The notes below the pieces were generated by a model. The model did not search any database. It worked only from the letters and a program-made list of their open reading frames with translations, and was not told the DNA's origin. Below, one piece after another: positions 46,513 through 56,509 of a stretch of 64,000 nucleotides of DNA. The translations under genes and the position numbers were made by a program. Position 1 is the stretch's first letter. Each line of letters opens with the position of its first letter. The stretch lies in NCBI GenBank assembly GCA_017459795.1, contig JAFUCG010000127.1:13514-77513 (forward strand). The letters run 5' to 3'. This stretch comes from Erysipelotrichaceae bacterium. GTDB lineage: Bacteria > Bacillota_I > Bacilli_A > Erysipelotrichales > Erysipelotrichaceae.

Positions 46513-47436
46513 ATGTCTTCTTAAGGTTTCCTCAACAATGTCCCAGAACTTGCCTAAGTCCAGACTTAAGCCGACTCTGACATTTGGTTCCTTATGGTAA
46601 CGGTTGTTCATGTCAAATATTGTACGGCCATAACTGTTGCCCTTAGACAGATCTATTTCAGCATAGACGTCCTTGTAATTATAAATATCAGAAGCGAACA
46701 GATATGTTACGGCAGTTACATCGTGAACCGGACCGGCTGACAGGCCATTTAAGGCCTGGCTCTTTAAGGTAAAGCGCATGATGTCGCCAAACAGTTTGCC
46801 GGCCTTATTGCCAATGGCTTCCATTCTTTCAATTATTGTCATGTCTGCCAAGGCAGTATTGGTCAGATCCAGAGGCATCATGACAATGGGTACTCCTGAT
46901 GTTAAAACAACATGGGCAGCTTCCGGGTCAGCCAGAATGTTGAACTCAGCTGCAGGTGTAGCGTTTCCTAAACCAATTGCCCCACCCATTAAGACGATCT
47001 GCTTGATTTTAGAGGCAATACGCGGTTCAAAACGCAAAGCCATGGCAATGTTGGTAAGCGGGCCAACCGGTACTAATGAAATGTCACCTTCAGAATTCAT
47101 CAGTGTATCGATGATGAAATTAACAGCGTGCTTTTCTTCAGGCTTTCTTACTAACGGTTCAAATACAGGACCGTCTAAGCCGCTTTTACCGTGAATGTCA
47201 CCGGCTACGATCTGATCTCTGACCATTGGCTTACTCATGCCACCATAAACAGGTACATTAATGTTCAGATGCTGACAAACACTTAAGGTATTAGGTAAGG
47301 TCTTTTCCAATACCTGATTACCGGCTACTACGGTTACACCTAATAAGTCAATCTGCGGATGCTTTGAAGCGACCATTAAGGCTATGGCATCATCATGTCC
47401 AGTATCACAATCGAGAATCATCTTAATCTTTTCCAT
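46507..47436 (-). CDS. Nucleoside hydrolase (IUNH/Rih family)
   Basis: [11 protein letters not shown] fingerprint. 309 aa. Confidence 0.9.
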   Translation of the reverse strand: MEKIKMILDCDTGHDDAIALMVASKHPQIDLLGVTVVAGNQVLEKTLPNTLSVCQHLNINVPVYGGMSKPMVRDQIVAGDIHGKSGLDGPVFEPLVRKPEEKHAVNFIIDTLMNSEGDISLVPVGPLTNIAMALRFEPRIASKIKQIVLMGGAIGLGNATPAAEFNILADPEAAHVVLTSGVPIVMMPLDLTNTALADMTIIERMEAIGNKAGKLFGDIMRFTLKSQALNGLSAGPVHDVTAVTYLFASDIYNYKDVYAEIDLSKGNSYGRTIFDMNNRYHKEPNVRVGLSLDLGKFWDIVEETLRRHE

Positions 47437-47511
47437 GTCATTGTTCTCCTTATTTTCAAACAGATTATATTATGCTAGAATTATTAAAAATAGGACATTT
47501 GACGTATTGAT

Positions 47512-48192
47512 ATGAAAATAATTGATAATCCCAGACTTTTAGCTCAGATAAGACAAAACACGGAATACAAGCGCTTCTTCTCGAATGAAGCCGACAGGTA
47601 CGCTTTCGTTGGTGAGATCAAACAGGGTGAAACATTCATCTACCAACAGGAACCTTCTCAATACCTTTACTTTCTTTATAAGGGAAAGTGTCAGGTAACA
47701 GCCTACATGGAAAACGGCAAGGCAGTAATCATTAATACACTTCATGCACCTTGCCTGATAGGCGAAATAGAACTGATAAAGAACGACTATCCTTTCTCAG
47801 TTGATGCCTTAAAGAACTGTACTGCGGCTGTCTTTCCAATCGATCCATGCCGTAGCATTCTCTTGCATGATACAGAATTTCTCTATCAGCTTTGTTCGGC
47901 CTTAGTTGATAAGGAAAGAAAGAATGCCTTAAGCCTGGCCCATCACATTTCCTTCCCGTTTGAATACCGCCTGGCCAAGTTTATCTTAGACAATAGTGAT
48001 GGCAAGATCTTCAAGGTCAAGAAAACAGTCATCGCTGAAAGCCTGGGCATTTCCTACCGTCATCTGGAAAAGGTAATGAAGAACTTCGTTGATCAGGGCT
48101 TCTTGCGAAAAGAAAAGCTTACCTACTACATTACTGACGTAAATGCCTTAGATAAGCTTTCAAAATCATTAAATGTCTTTTATAAATCGTAA
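47512..48192 (+). CDS. Crp/Fnr family transcriptional regulator
   Basis: N-terminal cNMP-binding-like beta-barrel and a C-terminal HTH (TVIAESLGISYRHLEKVMKNF). Confidence 0.8.
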   Translation: MKIIDNPRLLAQIRQNTEYKRFFSNEADRYAFVGEIKQGETFIYQQEPSQYLYFLYKGKCQVTAYMENGKAVIINTLHAPCLIGEIELIKNDYPFSVDALKNCTAAVFPIDPCRSILLHDTEFLYQLCSALVDKERKNALSLAHHISFPFEYRLAKFILDNSDGKIFKVKKTVIAESLGISYRHLEKVMKNFVDQGFLRKEKLTYYITDVNALDKLSKSLNVFYKS

Positions 48193-49607
48193 TACAGATC
48201 AATTTCAGCAGGATGCGGGATCTTATTAACCTTCTCAGCATCCTTTCTTACGGCCTTGATCCAGGTGCTGATCAGGCTTTCTGAGAATACATTACCCTGT
48301 AACAGGAAATCATGATCTTTTTCCAGTTCACGTAATGCCTCTTCAACAGTTGTCGGTAAGGCATCAAGCTTGCTCTTTTCCTTATCGCTTAATTCAAACA
48401 GATTGAAGTCAAACGGTCCCCAGTTATGATCTTCAGGATCGATCTTATTGATTACCCCATCTAACCCAGCCATCAAAATGGCACTGCAGGTGAAATATGG
48501 ATTACATGTTGCATCTGGGTTTCTTAATTCAAATCTCTTCTTGTCTTCCGTATTTACATAGCTTGGGATTCTGATTACGGCACTGCGGTTAGCCATTGCG
48601 TAACCAACTACTACCGGTGCTTCAAAGCCAGGCAGTAATCTCTTATATGAATTGGTAGAAGGATTACTGAAGGCACAGATTGCCTTAATGTGCTTTAAGA
48701 TGCCGCCAATGAAATACATGGCTGTCTGACTTAAATCACCATAAGTTCCTTCTTCATAGAAAACGTTCTTACCCTTCTTCTTCAGTAACATGTGAATGTG
48801 CATACCATTACCGGCTTCGCCATAAATTGGCTTAGGCATTAATGTGGCACTCTTGCCGTTCATTGCGGCTGTATTTCTGATGACATACTTGGCAGCCAAA
48901 GTATCGTCAGCTAGTTTTCTCATTTCACCAAGTTCCGTTTCAATTTCCAGCTGACCTGAACCGCCAACTTCATGATGGTGATACTTTACGTCAATGCCAA
49001 ACTGCTCCATGTTCTTACATATTTCATTACGCAGACCATAGTTTACATCATTTGGTGTATCAGCGTGGTAGCCACTGGAAAACTGATTATGGAAACCGTT
49101 ATTGTTTTCAAGGTCATTGCTCCAGTATGACTCCAGGCTGTTTAACTTATAGGAAACTTCATCAGCGCTGATCTTACGTCTTACGCTGTCAAATACATGG
49201 AATTCATATTCAGGGCCAATGATCATTTCATCGGCAATGCCCGTAGACTGCAGATATTCAATGGCAGCCTTGGCCACATATCGTGGATACTGGTCAAACG
49301 GAACATTCTCCGGTTTCTTAATGACCATTACATCACCTATCATCGTTAAGGTCTTTTCCTTAACAAAAGGATCTATGACTGCCGTAGTAATGTCAGGTAT
49401 GAATACCATGTCACTGTTTTCAACATTGGCGTAGCCATAGTTAGAACCGTCAAAGCCAATACCGTCTGTCATTATTGACTCGCTAAACCTCTTGGCTGGG
49501 ATTGAGAGATGTTTCCATCTGCCCCTTAAGTCCGTCATCTTGAAGTCAACAAATTCAACGTCATTTTCCTTAATATATGAAATAACATCTTTTACTGTCT
49601 TAAACAT
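48180..49607 (-). CDS. glnA: Glutamine synthetase, type I
   Basis: 475 aa with beta-grasp FVDFKMTDLRG, catalytic YHHHEVGGSGQLEI and NGMHIHM. Confidence 0.9.
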   Translation of the reverse strand: MFKTVKDVISYIKENDVEFVDFKMTDLRGRWKHLSIPAKRFSESIMTDGIGFDGSNYGYANVENSDMVFIPDITTAVIDPFVKEKTLTMIGDVMVIKKPENVPFDQYPRYVAKAAIEYLQSTGIADEMIIGPEYEFHVFDSVRRKISADEVSYKLNSLESYWSNDLENNNGFHNQFSSGYHADTPNDVNYGLRNEICKNMEQFGIDVKYHHHEVGGSGQLEIETELGEMRKLADDTLAAKYVIRNTAAMNGKSATLMPKPIYGEAGNGMHIHMLLKKKGKNVFYEEGTYGDLSQTAMYFIGGILKHIKAICAFSNPSTNSYKRLLPGFEAPVVVGYAMANRSAVIRIPSYVNTEDKKRFELRNPDATCNPYFTCSAILMAGLDGVINKIDPEDHNWGPFDFNLFELSDKEKSKLDALPTTVEEALRELEKDHDFLLQGNVFSESLISTWIKAVRKDAEKVNKIPHPAEIDLYYDL

Positions 49608-49643
49608 TATTAATCACCCCACATGTAGAAACATTATAGCACG

Positions 49644-49671
49644 AAAAAGAAAAAGGAGCATTACGCTCCTG
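49644..49671 (-). terminator. Rho-independent terminator after the M20 peptidase gene
   Basis: The minus strand reads AGGAGC-gtaat-GCTCCT followed by TTTTTCTTTTT. Confidence 0.75.
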
Positions 49672-50785
49672 CTTCTTCAAGTATGTGTACTAATAATCTG
49701 ACACAAGGTTCAGCTGAATCAACTGTCGTATATTCCTTTACACTGTGGGCAAATTCACCGAATGGGCCCATGCCGTCAAGAATGATTGAGCAGACCTTTG
49801 ATAAGTGATTTGCGTCTGATAAGCCGCCTCTGACATGAGTCTTGAAAGGAATGTTATTTCTTTCGGCAATTCTTGCGACCTCTTCAACAAACTTCATTCC
49901 CTCTTCACTCTGATTCCATGAAGGAGAGAATTCCTTAAAGGTTACTTCAGCTTCCGTTCCTTCAACAAAGGTTGTATTTACCAGTCTTTCAATTGCTTCT
50001 TCGATTCGATGCTGTTCCTCTTCACTCCAGAAACGCATTTCTACCTTTAATTCAGCCTCAGCAGCTACAACGTTCAAAGCTGTACCGCCGTTTATCAGAC
50101 CGATGTTAACGGTTGTTTCCTTTTCCTTACTGCCAAGTTCTGATATTTCAACAATATAGTGACCTAAGGCATTTATGGCACTTGCAGCATCGATCTTGTA
50201 AATGTAACCGGCATGTCCTGCCTTGCCCTTAACCTTGATGTGATATACCAGTCTCCCCTTTCTTCCGATGCAATGAGAAGTTCCCTGAAGCTGGGCTGAT
50301 TCCATGACGAACATTACTCTGCTCTTTATCCCAATCTCTTCAGTGATATCCTTGGAATAAACACTGCTTATTTCCTCATCAGGGTTATAGCACATGCAGA
50401 TGCTTAGCTTGTCCAAAGCTTCCTTGCTCAGATTCTTGGCAACGTGCAACATTGCCAGATCACCGTTTTTCATGTCTTCACTGCCTGGACCGGTAACGAT
50501 GTTGCCATCCTGCTTAAAAGGTCTTTCAGCTACTGTTCCATCAGGGAATACTGTATCCATGTGACCGATGAACATGTAGTCATAGTGGTCGGCACCCGGC
50601 TTGTTGGTTATTTCCAGACATGGTCCGGTCTGTTTGCCAAGGTCATGTCTTGTAACATGCCAGCCGATCTCTTCATACCACTTTGTCAGCTTGTCAGCGA
50701 CTTTATTTATGCCCTCAGGATTATAGGAACCGCAGTCAATGTTGACAAGTTCCCTTAACTGATTTAAATACTCTTCTACATTCAT
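49661..50785 (-). CDS. M20-family metallopeptidase (carboxypeptidase G2 / deacylase-like)
   Basis: GHMDTV, the EDMKNG region, NPDEE and a dimerisation insert. Confidence 0.8.
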   Translation of the reverse strand: MNVEEYLNQLRELVNIDCGSYNPEGINKVADKLTKWYEEIGWHVTRHDLGKQTGPCLEITNKPGADHYDYMFIGHMDTVFPDGTVAERPFKQDGNIVTGPGSEDMKNGDLAMLHVAKNLSKEALDKLSICMCYNPDEEISSVYSKDITEEIGIKSRVMFVMESAQLQGTSHCIGRKGRLVYHIKVKGKAGHAGYIYKIDAASAINALGHYIVEISELGSKEKETTVNIGLINGGTALNVVAAEAELKVEMRFWSEEEQHRIEEAIERLVNTTFVEGTEAEVTFKEFSPSWNQSEEGMKFVEEVARIAERNNIPFKTHVRGGLSDANHLSKVCSIILDGMGPFGEFAHSVKEYTTVDSAEPCVRLLVHILEEAGA

Positions 50786-50788
50786 ATG

Positions 50789-51373
50789 CTAAACCTCGTT
50801 ATTAAACAGATAATACCTTGGTGTACGGTTATTGGTATCTTCATGCAGGACATCCAAGGTCGTAAACAGGATGCCTTCCTTATCAATTACCTTGCCCTTG
50901 CGGCCTTCAATGTCATATTTACCCTTACGGTATGCCGGATCAAGTATTCTTACCTTTTCTCCATCAAAGCCAATGGCAGTAATGTAGTGACCGACATCTG
51001 AAAATGTTCCAACATGATCATCATGGTCCCCACCGACATTTATGATGGCTTTCCCGCCGTTTTTCAGGCATTCTGCAAGCTCATCTTCAGAGGTTGACTG
51101 TTTATACGAAAGATCAAACATCTGCGCTACAACAGGCCCCAAGACCTTCATGTTGGTTCCTACCTTAAGATTGGCCTCATGCTTAATGGATAGGTCACGG
51201 CATTCGATCAGTTCAAGCTTCTTTAATGTCAGCTGATCAACGATCATGCACAGTGAACATAGCCCGCACCCTGAACTTTCGATCGTTCCTTCAAGGTAAG
51301 ACTTGGATGTCTTATCTGAAGCATTGGTAGGATATTTTATGTCCGGATAATCATTCTGATTTATATACAGCAT
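50789..51373 (-). CDS. Papain-fold C39-like cysteine peptidase domain protein
   Basis: SSGCGLCSLCM is a candidate catalytic Cys context and DVGHYITAIG a candidate His context. The ATG lies 1 nt after the upstream stop. Confidence 0.5.
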   Translation of the reverse strand: MLYINQNDYPDIKYPTNASDKTSKSYLEGTIESSGCGLCSLCMIVDQLTLKKLELIECRDLSIKHEANLKVGTNMKVLGPVVAQMFDLSYKQSTSEDELAECLKNGGKAIINVGGDHDDHVGTFSDVGHYITAIGFDGEKVRILDPAYRKGKYDIEGRKGKVIDKEGILFTTLDVLHEDTNNRTPRYYLFNNEV

Positions 51374-51374
51374 G

Positions 51375-52769
51375 TTATCTGTTATTGAACCTTTCCGCAA
51401 TTACTCTGGCAACCTTAACACCTGATGCACCTGCCTGAGCTAATCCTCTGGTAATACCGGCACCATCGCCGATCGCAAAGAAGCCAGGGATCTTGGTTTC
51501 AAGATTACTGTCCAGTTCAATTCTGCTTGAATAGAACTTTACTTCAGCGCCATATAACAGGGTATCATAGTTAGCTGTACCTGGAGCGATCTTATCGAGG
51601 GCCTCGATCATTTCAATGATGTCATCAAGCTGTCTCTTTGGTAAGGCCAGTGATAAGTCACCAGGAGTAGCAGCCTTTAAGGTTGGTCTGGTAGTAGAAG
51701 CAGCGATTCTGTGTTCCGTAGTTCTTCTGCCTCTCTTCAAGTCACCGTATCTCTGAACGATTACACCACCGCCTAACATGTTAGAGAGTGAGGCAATATG
51801 CTTACCATAACGGTATGGTTCATTGAAAGGTTCGGTGAATCTGTTAGATACCAGTAAGGCAAAGTTTGTATTTTCACTTCTTAATGAAGCATCTGAATAA
51901 CTGTGACCGTTAACAGTCTGAATGCCGTCAACGTTTTCCGTAACAACATGACCGTATGGGTTCATGCAGAAGGTTCTGACGCTGTCACCATACTGCTTTG
52001 TACGGTAGATCAGCTTTGATTCATATACTACATCAGTAATGTGCTGGAAAATGATGGCCGGAAGTTCAACTCTGACACCGATGTCTACCTGGTTATTGGT
52101 AATGTTGAGCTTCATGTTACGGCACTGTTCACTGAACCATTCAGCACCGCTTCTGCCAGGAGCTGCGACAAGATAATCACAGGTGATCTCTTCACCATTA
52201 TTCAAAATGACAGACAATCCGTTCTTATTGGTAATGGTATCTACCTGAGTAAGGAATCTTAATTCACAATGCTGCTTCAGGTAGTCATAGATGTTGGAAA
52301 GAATTCTGAGATTGTTTTCTGTTCCCAGATGCTTACAGGAAGCGTTCAACAGATGAAGGTCATGCTGAATGGCCAACTTAGCAAGTTTCCTGGCTTCATC
52401 ACTGTTGGTTGAATATCTTTCTTCCGTAGCACCGAATTTTACGTTTATTGAATCGACATGTTCAATCAGATCCATGACTTCTTCCTGATCGATGAAATCT
52501 GTCAGCCAGCCGCCAAAGGCAGTTGTGAAATTAAACTTACCGTCAGAGAAGGCACCGGCACCGCCAAAGCCGTTCATGATGCCGCAAGTCGGACAGTTAA
52601 TACATTCCTTTACCTTGCCCTGTACAATTGGACAGCTTCTGCTCTTTATATCTCTGCCCTTTTCCAAGATAAGAATCTTATTTTCAGGAGCTCTTTGAAT
52701 AAGTTCATAGGCTGCATATAATCCTGCTTCACCGCAGCCGATAATCACAGTATCATAGTGTTGAGTCAT
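51375..52769 (-). CDS. FAD-dependent protein (COG2509-like uncharacterised dehydrogenase)
   Basis: N-terminal VIIGCGEAGLYAA dinucleotide motif and C-terminal FFAIGDGAG. Confidence 0.75.
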   Translation of the reverse strand: MTQHYDTVIIGCGEAGLYAAYELIQRAPENKILILEKGRDIKSRSCPIVQGKVKECINCPTCGIMNGFGGAGAFSDGKFNFTTAFGGWLTDFIDQEEVMDLIEHVDSINVKFGATEERYSTNSDEARKLAKLAIQHDLHLLNASCKHLGTENNLRILSNIYDYLKQHCELRFLTQVDTITNKNGLSVILNNGEEITCDYLVAAPGRSGAEWFSEQCRNMKLNITNNQVDIGVRVELPAIIFQHITDVVYESKLIYRTKQYGDSVRTFCMNPYGHVVTENVDGIQTVNGHSYSDASLRSENTNFALLVSNRFTEPFNEPYRYGKHIASLSNMLGGGVIVQRYGDLKRGRRTTEHRIAASTTRPTLKAATPGDLSLALPKRQLDDIIEMIEALDKIAPGTANYDTLLYGAEVKFYSSRIELDSNLETKIPGFFAIGDGAGITRGLAQAGASGVKVARVIAERFNNR

Positions 52770-52840
52770 ATCGCTTTTCTCCATTCTTTTTTACCACAAA
52801 CATTATACAACAAACATTCATTTCTTTTTGAAAAAATAAC

Positions 52841-52868
52841 CATAATAAATCCCACTTTTCAGTGGGAT
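52841..52868 (-). terminator. Rho-independent terminator after the LCP gene
   Basis: The minus strand reads ATCCCAC-tgaaaa-GTGGGAT followed by TTATTAT. Confidence 0.65.
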
Positions 52869-52875
52869 CATTACA

Positions 52876-54471
52876 TTATTCTATGAAAATTTTCTCTCCA
52901 TTAAGCATCTGCCTTACATAAGATACGGCATTGCCGACTGAACTGTCATACAGATCTACTACGGAAAGGTATTCATCAGGTACCCAGCAGTACAGGTAAT
53001 CTACATCACCTGACAATGCATAGGACTGAATGTCCCAGACAGCCAGATCATCTAGCTGCATCTGGGCTAAGGCAAACATTTCATTAATGTTCATGTTAGT
53101 CATGAACTTGCCTTCCAGAGCCTTTAATAACGGGTCGATCTTGGAAATGATTGAAGGGTCTGTAACCTTATTAACAAGAGCCTTTAAGACGATTGTCTGA
53201 TGCTCATTACGGCCAAAGTCACCATTAGGCAAACTGTATCTTTCACGGCAATAAGCCAATGCTTCTCGGCCGTCAAGATGAATCTCACCTTCAGGGAATG
53301 TCTTGTTAATCATTTCCCAGTAACCGATCGATGAATCACAGTCTTCGTAGTAAGCTGTAAACTCATATGGATTGTATAGATCAACCCCACCTAAAGCATC
53401 AACGATGTCGACCATGGATGCGAAATTGATCTTTACGAAGTAGTTCATGTCACAACCCAATAAACTTTCAACAGTACTCATCCAGGCTTCCAGACCGCTG
53501 GTTGCATCCACATAGGTAGTAGATGCATGAGTAAGTTTATCCATATGGTTATAATAACCTTCCAGGGCTACATAAGAGTCTCTAGGAATGGAAATAACCA
53601 GAGCCTGCTTGGTAACGGGGTTAACCACAACAACCATGTTAACGTCTGTTCTGTAACCGCTGGTAGCGTTCAGATTCGTATATGTCCATTCATCATTACC
53701 GACAATGCCGATGACAAATGGTTCCTGGGTAATGTTGCCGATCTTGGCAGCGTCAAAGTTCAATTCAACCTTGTGGGCACACTGATAAATCAGTTGGGTA
53801 TCTTCTAAGAAGGTCTTATAGTCATCATTGTCCTTCAGAATGTTGGCATATGTCTCATTCATCAGAATGGCAGCTACGTTACCGTTGTACAAGGCTTCAG
53901 CAGCGTCATAGATGTTATCATAATCAAACTCAACGATTGGGTTTGAGGAAATGGTTCTGTTAACCTGAGTGATGGCATATTCCTGAGCCTCAACGTCTAG
54001 TCTCTTCTGCAAGCCGACCTTTCTGCCGGCCAGATCATCCACTGAATCATAGCCTGAATTCTTCAGAGTATAAACGTTAATGTTCAATTCCCCTTCCTTT
54101 GGAACAGGATTGAATATTCTGGCGATCTTACCCTTATAAGACGGTAAGGCAAATGAACCGATGATCAGAAGTACGCTGACAATGGCACTGATGATCGACT
54201 GTCTTAATTTACGCTTGTTGCTCATCTTATGAATTAAGGCAACCATTGCGACATACATGTTGAACAATAAGAGGACAATTCCAAAGCCTGTCAGCCACTT
54301 GCCAGGCAGGATTCCAAACCTCTTTAAGACAATGAAAAATACGATTGATGATATAACTGTAAGCAGGAAAGTTATTCGGGAAATCGGGAATATGATCCTG
54401 CGCTGTTTACGATAGGCAATACGACGGGCTCTTTCTTCAGGAGTCAGAACTCTTCTTGGTTTTTCGCTCAT
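52876..54471 (-). CDS. LytR-CpsA-Psr (LCP) family cell-envelope phosphotransferase with an extra extracellular domain
   Basis: N-terminal TM segments. LCP core: RTDVNMVVVVNP...ISIPRDSYV and REALAYCRER. Confidence 0.85.
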   Translation of the reverse strand: MSEKPRRVLTPEERARRIAYRKQRRIIFPISRITFLLTVISSIVFFIVLKRFGILPGKWLTGFGIVLLLFNMYVAMVALIHKMSNKRKLRQSIISAIVSVLLIIGSFALPSYKGKIARIFNPVPKEGELNINVYTLKNSGYDSVDDLAGRKVGLQKRLDVEAQEYAITQVNRTISSNPIVEFDYDNIYDAAEALYNGNVAAILMNETYANILKDNDDYKTFLEDTQLIYQCAHKVELNFDAAKIGNITQEPFVIGIVGNDEWTYTNLNATSGYRTDVNMVVVVNPVTKQALVISIPRDSYVALEGYYNHMDKLTHASTTYVDATSGLEAWMSTVESLLGCDMNYFVKINFASMVDIVDALGGVDLYNPYEFTAYYEDCDSSIGYWEMINKTFPEGEIHLDGREALAYCRERYSLPNGDFGRNEHQTIVLKALVNKVTDPSIISKIDPLLKALEGKFMTNMNINEMFALAQMQLDDLAVWDIQSYALSGDVDYLYCWVPDEYLSVVDLYDSSVGNAVSYVRQMLNGEKIFIE

Positions 54472-54544
54472 GGCTTAACCTCCCAATATATGTTATTTTA
54501 AATTATAACACACTTATGTGAATTTTTTAGTGTATACTTTAGTT

Positions 54545-55165
54545 ATGTTACATCTGAAAAAATACGCAGAATCAGAAATAGAAATTAAGAAATCCCGGTT
54601 CATCGGCATGTTATTTCCGGTTGAAAATGAACAGGAAGCCAGGGATTATTTAGCCATGGTCAGAAAGCAGCATCCTAACGCCTCTCACCATTGCACAGCC
54701 TTGATCTGCGGCAACATCCAGCACAGTAACGATGATGGTGAGCCAAGCGGTACAGCCGGCTTGCCGATGCTGGAATGCCTCAGGCACGAAAATCTTGATA
54801 ATGTACTAGCCGTTGTGGTCAGATATTTTGGCGGTACCTTATTAGGAACAGGTGGACTATTAAGAGCCTACCAGCAGGCTGTAAACGAAACAATAAAAAA
54901 AGCTGTCTTTACTCAGCCTGTTGAAATGATGGAGTACAAGGTAACTGTCAGCTATGACTTGTATAACAAAATAGATCAGATGCTGAGAAAGAATGCCATT
55001 ATAACTGATACGGATTTTGATAATGAGATCACCATTCATTTCCTTTGTTTAGAAGATCTTACTCAGAAGTTTCAGGCCATGTCTTCCGGTTTAATAACTC
55101 CAGTATTCATCAAAAAAAGTATTATAGAAAAAGAAATAAGTTCTAATCAGAACGCCACTATATAA
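54545..55165 (+). CDS. yigZ: YigZ/IMPACT-family protein
   Basis: IKKSRFIG, ASHHC and DDGEPSGTAG motifs. Confidence 0.85.
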   Translation: MLHLKKYAESEIEIKKSRFIGMLFPVENEQEARDYLAMVRKQHPNASHHCTALICGNIQHSNDDGEPSGTAGLPMLECLRHENLDNVLAVVVRYFGGTLLGTGGLLRAYQQAVNETIKKAVFTQPVEMMEYKVTVSYDLYNKIDQMLRKNAIITDTDFDNEITIHFLCLEDLTQKFQAMSSGLITPVFIKKSIIEKEISSNQNATI

Positions 55166-55176
55166 CAAACATACAA

Positions 55177-55208
55177 AAGCCATCATACACACAAGTGTAC
55201 GATGGCTT
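55177..55208. terminator. Bidirectional terminator
   Basis: AAGCCATC...GATGGCTT with inner TACAC/GTGTA pairing. Confidence 0.75.
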
Positions 55209-55213
55209 AATTG

Positions 55214-56500
55214 TTATTTTATCTTATGGAATTCTGTCTGACGTCCTGCCAGATAATATACCTTCCCACCTTTGTACAAAATGTCTGTTTCCATGGCGAT
55301 TGGGATTTCCCCACCCATTGATTCAACATATACCCTGGCATTTAATTCCAGTGAGTAAGCTGTATTATCGTATAATGGGTAATCGCCGCTTCCTTCTACG
55401 CCACCCTGTTTGTCCCACAAGCCAATGGTAGGTCCTGCAGCGTGTCCATGGAAGCCGAGCGGATGAGTATATATAGTGGCATTGATGCCTTCACTCTTAG
55501 CCTTCTGTAAAGAATTGCGTAAGATCTCATTACCAGTTCTGCCGGTAATGAATTCGCCCTTGGTGATGTCCTGTAATCTGTTAGTAACGGCCATGGCCTT
55601 CTTCAGATCTTCAGGAACATCATCTTCATCCATTTTCAGGATATAACATAATTCCTGAGTATCGGTACAAAGATTCAGATATCTGAAACCTACATCACAG
55701 TGCAACATGTCACCAGGCATGATGATCTCATCACCTTCATAGTGTTTACCACCAAATCTGGTAATTGATACTTCATAGTCAAACCAAGGCTCCAAACCCA
55801 GGTCAACTGTTTTCTGCATCATCCAGTACTTAACATCATCTGCTGTTGTTACACCAGGATGAATTACCTTATTTGAATAAGCTTCCGCAATCATTGTATG
55901 AGCGATCTGAACAATGTCATTGTAGGCAGCCATTTCTTCTTCGCTTCTGGTCTCCAGCCAGCCTACTGCCAGCTTTTCAGCTGAAACGATCTTGCCTCTT
56001 AATTCATCATCAAAGGCATCATACATTGCCTGATACAGGGTATGAGATAACCCATCAGCGTAGGCAAAGTCCTTTGACATGTTGAAACCGATCTTTTCAG
56101 GATTCAATTCCTTAAGGAAGGCAGCCAGTGTGTCCATCTGAGAAATGTCCGTGTTGGTCCACTTCTGCTGGTAGCCCTCAATGGGATAACGGGTAATGCT
56201 GTATTTTTCTACATTGCCTTCAGCATTCAGATAATAAATCATTATCGTAAGTCTTCTGGCCGTGATCCATGAGAATGGTGTCAGGGTCCAGTAAACAGGA
56301 TCTTCATTGTACTCTTCATTACAGATGATCCAGCAATCTATTTCAGTTCTCTTCATTAAGGCCGGTAAAATGGTTGACATGCGGATGTTTAACCACTTGT
56401 CTAAAAACTTTTCACGCTGACGGTAATTCAAAATCTTTGATTTCAGAGAGTCAACTGAAGGAATTTCACTTACTAATTTTTCCTGATTTGAAATAGCCAT
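55214..56500 (-). CDS. M24-family (Xaa-Pro aminopeptidase-like) metallopeptidase
   Basis: The C-terminal pita-bread fold pattern includes HCDVG and HPLGFHGH. Confidence 0.75.
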   Translation of the reverse strand: MAISNQEKLVSEIPSVDSLKSKILNYRQREKFLDKWLNIRMSTILPALMKRTEIDCWIICNEEYNEDPVYWTLTPFSWITARRLTIMIYYLNAEGNVEKYSITRYPIEGYQQKWTNTDISQMDTLAAFLKELNPEKIGFNMSKDFAYADGLSHTLYQAMYDAFDDELRGKIVSAEKLAVGWLETRSEEEMAAYNDIVQIAHTMIAEAYSNKVIHPGVTTADDVKYWMMQKTVDLGLEPWFDYEVSITRFGGKHYEGDEIIMPGDMLHCDVGFRYLNLCTDTQELCYILKMDEDDVPEDLKKAMAVTNRLQDITKGEFITGRTGNEILRNSLQKAKSEGINATIYTHPLGFHGHAAGPTIGLWDKQGGVEGSGDYPLYDNTAYSLELNARVYVESMGGEIPIAMETDILYKGGKVYYLAGRQTEFHKIK

Positions 56501-56509
56501 GCTTACCTC

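Noticed and set aside
42128-48192. I considered whether the deaminase-fold gene belongs to a known multi-gene defence system (RADAR, Thoeris, type III CRISPR-Cad1).
   Set aside because: No RdrA-like ATPase, TIR-domain ThsB-like gene, CARF domain or cas genes are present in the window. Any defence role would have to be stand-alone or depend on unlinked partners. I therefore report it only as a hypothesis, alongside a metabolic alternative.
48180-48192. The convergent Crp/Fnr and glnA coding regions overlap by 13 nt.
   Set aside because: It is real in the sequence, but short 3'-3' overlaps are common in compact genomes. I inferred no specific function.
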